This document shows, one piece after another, positions 1 through 12,100 of a stretch of 64,000 nucleotides of DNA. The notes under the pieces were generated by a model. That model had not been told where the DNA came from and made no database searches. It saw nothing but the letters and a program-made list of their open reading frames with translations. The position numbers and the translations under genes are program-made. This DNA is from Podarcis liolepis. Taxonomy: Eukaryota. Position 1 is the first letter of the stretch; each line of letters opens with the position of its first letter. The stretch lies in assembly GCA_965112155.1 (NCBI GenBank), contig OZ218098.1. One strand, written 5' to 3'.

Positions 1-171
1 GAGGAGAGAAGTGGGAAAGATGCAATGACTTTTTGGTTCCTCTTTTGACTTCTCCTGTGAAAGGTCTTGAGGAAGGCAAAGAATATCAGTTCCGTGTCCG
101 TGCAGAGAATGCTGCCGGTGTCAGTGGACCTTCTAATGTCACTCCTCTGGTGAAAGCAATGGATCCCATTG
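1..171 (+). CDS. TTN: TTN exon ~272 (5'-truncated by window), Fn3 A3
   Basis: Frame from nt 3: GEKWERCN...[13 protein letters not shown]...AMDPI; donor G|GTATGT. Confidence 0.93.
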
Positions 172-3100
172 GTATGTTTTGCAAACTACCTATTCATTTT
201 TAGCAAGTGTTCAAATTCTGCTGTATGCTACAGTATCAAATATGAACAAAACAATATTTTTATGGTTACAGAGGCTCCAAAAGTTTTCCTCGGTGCTAAT
301 CTGCAGGCTGGCCTGGAGGTGAAGCAAGGTTCTGAGATTGCACTTGAAGCACACATTTCAGGGTCACCTTACCCAACTATTGATTGGTTATGGAATGATG
401 AAGTTGTTAAGCCAACAGAAATTAAGAAGAGAGTTACCAAGGTTACTAGGAAGAAGAAAGGTGAAGTTGAAGAAGATGAGCCTTTCCACTTGTCCCTGCC
501 CGAGCGTTTGAGCATTGACAACCACAGACAAGGAGATTCTGTACTGGTCGTTCGGGATTCAATCAGACCAGACCATGGCACATATACTATTCGCGTTGAA
601 AACGATCACGGGGTTGCAAAAGCTTCATGTGAAGTCAATGTGTTAGGTATGCCCTTATACATAATGGTGTGTGATACATTTTCTTCAAAAAGTTTGAAGT
701 GATATATGCAAAGTGGTGCTCATTATTTTTGTTTTCAAAACAGATACACCTGGACCACCGGTCAACTTTGTTTTTGAGGAGGTTCGTAAAAATAGCATCA
801 CTTGCAAGTGGGAGCCTCCTCTTGATGATGGCGGAAGTGAAATATTGAACTACGTCCTTGAAAAGAAAGACAACACAAAATCCGACATTGGCTGGGTTAC
901 CGTTACTTCAACGCTTAGGCATTGCAAATATAATGTGCCTAAACTTATTGAAGGAAAGGAATACATATTCCGTGTGAAAGCTGAGAACAGAGTAGGAGCT
1001 GGACCTCCATGTCTTTCAAAACCTGTTGTAGCTCAAGATCCATTCAGTAAGTCTTGTACTCTATCTAAATATGTGCTTCATTCATTTTTCCCAAAAGGCA
1101 CTGCCATCATCATCATCATTATTACCTTACACTCATATTGTACTTTAACATTAAAACTTTAATTCTATAATAACCCAGCAGAAAAACCTTGCAGAAAGAA
1201 ATGGCTAAATTACATTTGCTGATTGTTGCATCTGAGTGCAACATCCTAAAAAGAAAAAGAAAAAGCTAAGACAATCCATGCTAGTTGACTGTAAAACTTG
1301 CCATATCAGACTTTTCTATTCTGTTCTCTCCTTGTGTCTTAAAGTGTGTGAAGTGGGTGGTAATTACAAATAATAAATCCTTGAGATATATGGGTACACT
1401 GAGCTGGTAAGATCATCATTGACAAAAGCAAATGCTTAAATAATCCACCAGTAAAATAAATTGCAGATGAATTCGTACATAAAAAGCGGAAAAAGAACTG
1501 TGAAAAACACACATTTTCTTTAAGTCTTTCCATATACACAAAACCCACCCGCACTCTCTACAAGTTTCAAGCATGCGCATCTACACATTTAGGGTATAAC
1601 ACAGAGATAATATTTACATATCATGAAGGCAGTTTCGTTTTATTGGGATGTGGCTTTCCAGGAACCAAGCTAAACTTTACTACTCACAAGGGGTTCTGAA
1701 TTCACTTAAAGGCATGCTGGGAGAACCAAACTAACTGCCCCTGCCCCCATTTTTCATCCCAGTTTGCCCCCTTTGTGTAGTAAAGAAAAATACATGTAAC
1801 AGCTAATTTAGTAGCTCTCAAGCTGCAATCCTAGTCACATTTACCTGGGAGTAAGTACAGCTGAAATCATGGGACTTCATTTCAAGTAACTGTGAACAAG
1901 ATCAGGCTGCATATTGCAACTGAAGCCTCCGAGTAAAGATATGGTGGAGGAGAAAATTAGAGGCATTAAACAAATTAAATTTCTGTATGATTTGGTAAGC
2001 TCCACTAACATTTGCATATCCTCTTTTTATAGGTCCTCCTGATGCACCTGATAAACCTCTAGTAGAGGATCCAACTAGCAGTAGTCTGTTGGTTAAGTGG
2101 AATGAGCCTAAAGACAATGGTAGCCCCATTTTGGGATACTGGATTGAAAAGCGTGAAATCAATGGAACCCACTGGGCCCGTGTGAACAAAGAGCGTGTGA
2201 ATGCCCTGGAAACTAGAGTTGAAGGACTTTTAGAAGGTCTAACTTACGTTTTTAGAGTTTGTGCTGAAAATGCAGCTGGCCTTGGCAAATTCAGTCCCCC
2301 TTCAGATCCTAAAACTGCACAAGACCCAATATGTAAGTTGTTAGATAGATAATATTATCCCTTAGTTTGAAAAGGGAAGTTTTCAGTCTATTAATCTCTC
2401 TTTATATGTATTTTTTTCTTTTAGTGCCTCCTGGCCCACCTGTTCCAAGAATTGTTGATACAAGCTCAACATCTATTGACGTTGAATGGGATGCTCCGCT
2501 ATACAATGGGGGTAGTGAAATCACTGGCTACCATGTTTACAAGAATTTTGTTGGCTCAAATGAATGGTCTCGCTGCACAGAAAGACCTATTAAGGTTCGG
2601 AGCTATATAGTTAAAGGAATTAGAGAAGGTGCAGATTACAAACTTCGTATTACCGCCCTTAATGTTGCTGGGGAAGGACCTCCTGGAGAGACAGAACCTG
2701 TAACAGTTGCAGAGCCTCAAGGTACTGTGATTATGTAATTTAAAATGAAATCTAATGTGAAATAGTTTGTGGGATTGTAAATTAATTAATTCTCTCTCTT
2801 TTTCCTTATACAGAGCCTCCCACTGTTGAATTTGATATTTCTGTCAGGGCAGGAGTTCAGATATTGGCAGGTCAAGCTCTTAAACTGCCTGCTATTGTTA
2901 CTGGACGACCTACCCCTACAATTGTATGGACTTTAGAGGATGCAGATGTTGACAAAGAGCGAGTTGTGATTGAAAATGTTGGCACTTCATCTGAGCTGTT
3001 CATCAAAAATGCACTCAGAAAAGACCACGGAAGATACGTGATTACTGCCACTAACGAAAGTGGTTCTAAATTTGCTGCAACCAGAGCAGAAATATTTGGT

Positions 3101-6100
3101 AAGAAATGCTACATAGAGTGAAACGATGAATATATTAAGTATTTGGCCTTCCTTAATTACATCTCATGTCTTCTTTTCCAGATGTTCCTGGACCGGTTAC
3201 TGACTTGCATCCTGTGGTGGTAAATAGAAAGATGTGTCTACTTAACTGGGATGATCCCAAAGATGATGGAGGAAGTGAGATCATAGGTTTCCTTGTAGAG
3301 AGGAAAGATGCCAAAATGCATACATGGAGACTAGCCGTAGATACAGACAGATCTAAGTGTGATATAACAGGTCTTGTTGAAGGACAAGAATATAAGTTCC
3401 GTGTCTTCGCCAAGAACAAGTTTGGCTGTGGACCACCTGTTGAACTGGGACCTCTCCTTGCTGTTGACCCCAAAGGTAAAACTTCTTGCATTGATAAAAA
3501 CCATCAGAACACTTGGGAACAGAGGATCCCCCTCCCGTAATTTCAACTTTTTTAACACCATTCAAAATATATATTTATAGCCTTTATAATCACAACACTC
3601 CTTCGTGTGTGTGTGTGTGTGTGTGTGTGTGCATGCACGTGCGTGCGTGCGTGCGTGCGCATTCTTGCAGTTGAACCCAGAACCTGTCAGTTTCTTGAAA
3701 GAGAACTTTTCTAGAGTCAGGATAACTGAAAACCTAGTGCTGCCCATGTTCATTCCTGTGTGAAAATACTTTTTTTTTTTTTAAGAAAATAATCCTACAA
3801 GGGCAAAATGTTGCATGCAAAGATGCTCTGATGTAAAACTTTTCTGTAGCTGCTCTAGATTTACAAAATCCAATTTCTCCACACACCTCTTTCCCACTTC
3901 CAGCAATTCACTGGAGTTGCACCAATGAATTTTGGAGTTAGTATAACATTGCCCCATTTAATTTAGCATTTAATGACAGTTTTAAACTGAGGGTGGAGAG
4001 GTGGGTTTCAGTAAACATCTGCAGAACTTCCCTCCTCTTTAAATAGCATGTTGCATGTCCCTAGCCTTGGAGGCAGGGGAATATAAACTGAAATAAATAA
4101 AACAATGTATTTTTACCTTGTTTGCTGGTGAAACTGCTGCACAGTAAACGTGACGTGAAAACACAAGGGTTTGTTTTTCAAATTTAACTTACCATTTTTC
4201 ATTCTTGCCACAACAGGTCCTCCAACTGCTCCTGAGAGGTTCATGTACACAGAGAGAACAAAAAACTCTGTTACACTTGACTGGAAGCCTCCCCGTAATG
4301 ATGGTGGAAGCCCCATCATCGGCTACATTGTTGACAAAAGAAGACATGACTCAAATGAATTCGAAAGAGTCAATAAGAGACTCTGTCCAACTACATCCCT
4401 TCTTGTGGACAATCTTGCTGAGCTGCATATGTATGAGTTCCGAGTCAAGGCTGTCAACGAGATTGGAGAAAGTGAACCATCACTGCCCCTTAATGTAGTC
4501 GTACAGGATGATGAAGGTGAGGCTCTTTAATATAAATGTGTACACTTTACCTATAGATGTGAACATTTGGTGTCTGCTAGACGCCTCACTATATTTTTGA
4601 GAATTACATGGTTAATCACTTTTGCATTCGTTTTCTTTTTTCAGAACCTCCCACAGTGACATTGCGTCTATCTGTTAGAGGAGATACTATCAAAGTTATG
4701 GCAGGGCAACCAGTCAACATTCCAGCAGACGTGACAGGTCTTCCAATGCCAAAGATTGAATGGTCTAAAGATGACGTTGTTATTGATAAAACATCAGATG
4801 CCCTTAAGATCACCAAAAAGGAAACAAGTAGAACAGAGGCGAAAACTGAACTCAGCATGCCTGCAGCAGTTAGGAATGATAAAGGCACTTACACGGTTTC
4901 AGCTTCTAATCGTCTTGGCACCGCATACCGCAATGTTCACGTTGAAGTATTTGGTATGTATCTAGCTTCTTGCTTAAACGGCCAAAGTTTTCTTACTTTA
5001 TTTCTACCATAACACAATACTAAATTGGTTTTATTTAGATCGTCCTTCTCCACCGAGAAATCTCACCGTATCGGATATTAAAGCTGAATCTTGCTGTTTG
5101 ACTTGGGATGCCCCACTCGACAATGGTGGCAGTGAGATTACACACTACATTATTGAGAAGCGTGATGCGAGCAAAAAGAAGTCTGACTGGGAGGAAGTAT
5201 CCAGCACTGTTGTGGATAGACGATTTGGGGTAATGCTTCAATCTTGATTTCATAGGCGAAAGGAATAGTCTTTAAATGAAAAATGACCATTTATAAAATT
5301 GTTGAGCTGAATGTTAACACTGTTCATCTTCCAGATTTCCTATTTTTACGTCTGCCTTCCATTTAATGCCAAAATAGGTATTCCTATACTCTGTATTGAA
5401 TGGTACTTCGCTCCCTTCAGAGTCGGGTTAGTAGCAGTTGGTGCAGATACGCCAGTGATGTATAGAGTTGTTAAGCATCAGAGCAACAAGCAGGTGTTTT
5501 TTTCAAGAACTGTTTTAAGATGTCCATATGATGGCATCTAACTGCATGGAAAACATCCAAAATACACTAAAACCAGTTCTGAGAATTGGTTTTACACATA
5601 TCATAGGATCAAACAGTCGGACGGGTCCTTTTTGAGTTTGAGGGGTCTGCCTAGTCAAATCCCTTGCTCAGTGCCAGAAAATGAGAACCTGGGCACTCCC
5701 CACAGATGGCTGTTTAAATTCTGCTTAAGACCTCCAGTGAAGAAGAACCCAATGTTCATTGACTCCATTGTCAAACTTTTAAGAGGTTTCTCCTAATGTT
5801 CAACTGAAACGTGCCCTCCTTTAGCTTATGAGATCTAGATGTTTATGCCCTCTGTATGACATCTCCTCAGGTATTTGTAATATTTTGACATGCCCCCCTT
5901 CAGACATCTCCCCACCAAGTTAAACAAACCCAATTACTTCATCCTTTCTTTTTAAGTCTTGTTTTCCATACCACTGACTACCTTTGTTGCCCTCCTTTGT
6001 GAGGTGACCTTTGGCTATTCTTTGTTTAAAGTCCTGGAAACAACACAGGGAATTGATATGAAACTGATTTTAAAAAATAATAATGTATCATGTTTCTTTT

Positions 6101-9100
6101 ACTTTTCAGGTCTATAAACTGGCAACAAATGGACAATATCAATTTAGAGTGAGGGCCGTTAACAGGTTTGGGACAAGTGACGAATGCCTTTCCGAAAAGG
6201 TAGTTATTAAGGATCCTTATGGTCTTCCTGGACCCCCTGGAAAACCAAAGGTTACAGAACACACCAGGTCATCAATGCTGGTAACATGGACACCTCCACT
6301 AGACAATGGTGGAGCTCCAATTACTGGCTATTGGCTGGAAAAGAAAGAAGAAGGAGGTGTCTACTGGTCGCGTGTCAACAGAGCTCCAGTGACAAAACCA
6401 GCAGTGAAAGGACTGGAATACAATGTACTGCGTTTGATTGAAGGTGTGAAATACCAGTTCCGAGCTATGGCTGTGAATATTGCTGGAATTGGCCCTCCCA
6501 GTGAGCCATCAGATCTTTGTGAAGCTGCAGATCCAATCTGTAAGTATAAAGACAAGGAAGCAATAAGTAACACAAAATGCCAACTTTGTAATTTTTGTTC
6601 AATTTGTCCTGAACCTGATTTGATAGAGGTTCTGTGATTTCAGTGCAAGAGCTCTGCATTTGAAGTCAAATATTTAATGAGTCAGGCTTCATTTTATAAG
6701 TGCCTATTATCATGATAAATAGCAAATGTTCCTAATTTTGTGCAATGAAATACTGTATACTTGATAGACTTTCCATTCACTTCATTGAAGGGGTGTTGTG
6801 CAATGGAACAAGAGAGGCATAGTCCTCATGGCAGTACATTTTGCATTTTCTCAATAGATCCTCCTGGAGCACCATCATGCCCAGATGTCAAAGACAGAAC
6901 CAACTCAACTATATCTCTTGCATGGAAACCTCCACAAAAAGATGGTGGCAGTCCTATTAAAGGATATATCGTTGAAATGCAAGAAGAAGGTAGTTTAGAT
7001 TGGAAGAGTGTGAACGAACCGGACAAGCTGTTCCCTACCTGCGATTGTGTTGTACCCAACCTGAAAGAGCTCAGAAAGTACAGATTCAGAGTAAAGGCTG
7101 TAAATGCTGCAGGGGAATCTGAGCCAAGTCTTTGCACTGCAGAAATACCATGCAAGGAAGTTCAAGGTAAGGATTGTTGGAAATAATTCTTTCCACTCGA
7201 ACGTGTAGACATAGAAAAATCAAAGGATTTGAAAACTGAAATGCAGGAATGGCTGTCCATTCCTTGAGTAAAGAAAGAGTAAAGAAAACTTATTGGGGGG
7301 TGTTATGGGTACAAGGGAAATCCCAACATCAATCTGATAGCAATAGAAGCTGGAGCTAGATTATTGTGCATACATTTGAGAAGGAACTCTTCTCAAAGTG
7401 TCACTGCCATATGAGTTAAGGCAGATAGTGATCAAAGAGAGATCCTTCTCAGTGGTGGCACCAATTCATAGAATTCTCACCTCGGAAAGCCCACCTGACA
7501 CCAACATTGTTATGGATTTGGGGCCAGCAAGGGTTTTGTTTTTGTTTTTTTACTAGGGTGTTTCATGCATTGTTCTAATTTATTATATTTTGGTGTTATA
7601 TCTTGTCATGTTTTTGTAAAGCTTTGCTAAAGGGCAGTATACATTTCAAACAAGTATATATCTTGATATCTTTGTTTATCATCAAGAGAATAATACACAA
7701 CTGAGGCTGCAAGCCTACCCATTTACCCGGAAAAAAGATCCATCAATGTCAGCAAGACTTACTACTGAGTCTACTGTACATGCATAAGTTTACCCTATTA
7801 GAGAACTTATGTAGATGAATTCTGACTATATTATTTATATGATATATTACTTGTATTTTGCAGAGGAGCCAGAAATATTTCTTGATGTTGGAGCACAAGA
7901 CCTGCTCTCTTGCCGTACTGGTACAACAATCAGAATTCCAGCAGTTATTAAGGGACGTCCTGTTCCCAAAGTAACTTGGGAATTTGAAGGAGATGCAAAG
8001 AAAGCTGTAAAGGTCAGTGACAAAACAAAGTAAACTGTTAAGAACTTCAAGCTAAAGTATTGTGTGTGTGTATTTACTATTTCTTCTTTATTTAAAGGAT
8101 GGACATAACATACCTGAAGATGCTACGGTAAAAAATAGCTTATATTTGAATTCGCTTATTTTGCTTCTAATATTTGCATTTTTCAAGTCCTTTTTTAATT
8201 ATTATTGCTAAGTAAGTTTATTTTGGTTTGTGCAGGTGGAATCAACTGATACCACATCAGTGATTACTATCCCTGCATGTAACAGAGGTCATTCTGGAAA
8301 ATACAGTATTACAGCAAAGAATAAAGCAGGACAGAAAACTGTAAATGTCAGGGTGAATGTCTTAGGTAAGACTAATCAATCTTAATATTGCACCGTTTCA
8401 CTAATTTTTGTGATACAAAAGTTCATATACTGTAAAACCCCATGTAATGGTTTTTCCAATCTGTTTTCATGATGAAATAGATGTTCCAGGGCCACCAAAA
8501 GACCTGAAAGTAAGTGACATAACAAGATGCAGCTGTAAACTTTCATGGAAAATGCCGGACAATGATGGTGGAGACAGAATCAGAAACTATATTATTGAGA
8601 AAAGAACTGCTGAAGGAAAAGCCTGGACAAAAGTTAATCCCAACTGTGCTGGCACATCATTGGTTATTCCTGATCTCATAGCTGGGCAACAATACTTCTT
8701 CAGAGTACGTGCAGAAAACCGCTTTGGTGTTGGACCCCCAGCAGATACAATTCAAAGGACCACAGCGAGGGATCCAATCCGTAAGTTAAATCAAAATGGG
8801 ACATTCATTCATGCATTCATTCAGCCTTTGTTGGCAAGTTTTAGACAAGAAAATCATAAAAGAGTAAGAAAACCTTCCATAAAACATTGGCAATCTGGAC
8901 ATATTAAACACATAAAACATATGAAAGACTCAGTAGCCACCGTTAAGAAAATTAAATAGTTTTAAATTTGACTTTTAAAATCTCAACTAAATATCCTGAA
9001 ACAATCTCAGTGGTTTGGGGAGTATCATTCCTCAGCAGATATTGGATTGCAGGTTCTTTGAAAATAAATACTTAAATACTTTAAGGGCGTAGCAAAGTGG

Positions 9101-12100
9101 GACATTTGTTTTTACTAATGATACTTTATTGTAGGGCAGTACTTACATTTTACTTTGCTCCTTTTTTTAAAAAAAACAACAACACACAGATCCTCCTGAC
9201 CCACCTATCAAGCTCAAGATTGGTCTTATAACAAAGAACACGGTAAGCTTGACATGGAAACCTCCAAAGAATGACGGCGGTGCTCCCGTAACACATTATA
9301 ATGTGGAGTGCCTTCGCTGGGACCGTACTGGTGAAGGGAAGGAAGCCTGGCGACAGTGCAATAGACGGGATGTGGAAGAAACAAAGTTTACTGTTGAAGA
9401 CCTTAAAGAAGGTGACGAATATGAATTCAGAGTGAAAGCAGTGAATGAAGCAGGTCCAAGCAGACCGTCAGCTACTGTTGGGCCAGTCGTCGTCAAAGAT
9501 CAGACATGTAAGTGCTGCAAAGCATTAGTAATTATTGCACTTCCAATATCCGCTCACCTGGGGCTCCGGGGGAGCAGTGTTTTTGTCAAACAGTGTGGCC
9601 GTGGGCCAGTCCCAGGGGATCTGCCATCTTCCCACACAGCCAGGCAAAGGGATGGTCACATGGCAATGCCCTCCTCACATTGGGCTGAATGCTACATTGA
9701 ACAGGTACCCCGCTAAAGGGGTCCAGGAGGGGTGACTGTCTGAGAGCCCACATGATAGGCCAATATGCCTCTTGCAATAATGCCCTGTCGTGGCACCCAG
9801 TCCTTGTTGGGGGAAACTCCCCAGCACAGGGTCATCCCCCATTGGGTCTCTTATCAGCCAGCATGTGCGTTGACTGATGATGGATACATGTCCATTGCCA
9901 TAGCCAAACCTACTCGTATCTGTATTGAAGGAAGTTGTGGCCTAATTCAACCCAGTATCAATCTCTTGTGTTCATTTCCACGGTCTGCCCCGCACAGGGC
10001 TGCAGACATCATGTGTCTGCAATGCAAAGCATTTTGACTTCTGTATTCATAGTGGCTCAATAATTTTTGCTTGCTTTTGTTTGTAGGCCCTCCGTCTATT
10101 GAACTCAAAGAATTTATGGAGGCAGAAGAAGGGACAGATATCAAGATTGTAGCCAAAATAAAGGGCGTCCCCTTCCCGACATTGACTTGGGTCAAAGCTC
10201 ATCCTAAGAAACCTGATGACAAATTGCCAGTGCTATATGACCAACATGTCAACAAGATTGTGGATGAAAATTCCTGTACTTTGCTGATACAGCAATCTCG
10301 CAGAAAAGACACAGGCTTGTACACTATAACTGCTGTCAATAACTTTGGAACAGATTCAAAGGAGATGAGGCTGAATGTGCTAGGTAAATATCAATGTATT
10401 TTGGCATTGGCAACCTAATTTACTGTTTGTTATATAATGTTCAAAACATGTCTCTCCTGTTATCAGTCTCTGCAGCCACAGCAGGCGCCGTAACTCTCCA
10501 ATAGTTTGGCTTCATCCCTGAAGGCAAACTCTTCCATTTCCTCCCGAGATAGCTGGATGCCAACCACAACAATATAACACTCAACTTTGACAACAATTAA
10601 TGCTTTATAAAATGTATTTTTCAGGTCGCCCTGGACCACCAGAAGGACCCATTAAATTTGAATCTATTTCCGCCGATCAGATGACAATTTCTTGGCTTCC
10701 TCCTAAAGATGATGGTGGATCTAAGATAACTAACTATGTTATTGAAAAAAGGGAAGCAAACAGAAGGACCTGGGTCCATGTTACCAATGAACCTAAAGAA
10801 TGCATCTTCACAGTACCCAAACTACTAGAAGGGCATGAATACATCTTCCGCATCATGGCACAGAATAAATATGGCGTTGGGGAACCTCTTGATAGTGAAC
10901 CTGAAACTGCCAGAAATCTATTCAGTAAGCATACAGTTCTCTAAAATATCACCTGCGCTTATATTTATTGGCAAAGCAGAACATAAGTAATCTGATTACA
11001 TAGTATGAGAGCCCCAAGTTAAAATTGTTATTTTTTTAATCTTCTGGGTGGCTAAAATGTCTATAAAAGTTTTTAAAGGCTTTTCAGAAATAGATCTTTT
11101 ATGGCTATTTTTTCTGTTTCATCTTAAAACTATACCTGTTTTAAATGTTAAATATTGAATCTGTACTTATAACATTTTAGATTGTATTTAGCACAGTACA
11201 GACCATATCTTTGCCCTTCTTCACCATAAAATAATAAAACGTTCAATTATCAGTGTGATCTTGTGCTCTGCTGGACACAATGAAGCACAGTGCTGTGGCA
11301 AAGGAACCCTTCATCAGCTCCGCTATTCCAAGAAATACAAAATGCTGGCATTTGGTGCAGAGCTACTGTAAAAAAGGCTTTTCAGGGTGAAGATGCTCAG
11401 CCATGGCTCTAGCACAGGATTCTAGGACTTGACAGTTACGTATAACAAAGAAAAAGGAGGACTTTGTATAGCCCTGCCCTACTTACTTCACAAAGGTTGT
11501 CTCTGTAGGGGCTAATGGAAGACTGGGAAAGGAAACTTCAGATGAAGGCTATAGCATAAATACCATATATAAGTGGTCTATGTGGCCCCCGGAGCTTTGC
11601 TTTACTCTTGGTGTACTTTATTCCCTAGCTGTTCCTGGAATTTGTGACAAACCAACAGTCAGCAGTGTCACACATGACTCAATGACCGTCAACTGGGAGG
11701 AGCCAGAATATGATGGAGGCTCCCCTGTGACGGGTTATTGGCTGGAGCGTAAAGAGACCACTGGAAAGAGATGGACACGGGTTAACCGTGATCCTATTAA
11801 ACCTATGACATTGGGAGTTTCTTACAAAGTACCTGGCCTTATTGAAGGTTCAGATTACCAGTTCCGCGTCTATGCTATTAATGCCGCTGGTGTTGGACCG
11901 CCAAGCATGCCATCTGATCCAATAACTGCAAGAGACCCAATCTGTAAGTAATCAAGATCTATTTATTTATTTGGTGTGAAAGGGGGAAATATACTAAAAG
12001 ATGGTATAGATGGTATATGTTTGAGAAATAATAAATACACAGTCTTGTGACAGAATGATGCAATAATTTTCCCCCCAGCTCCACCTGGTCCTCCATTTCC

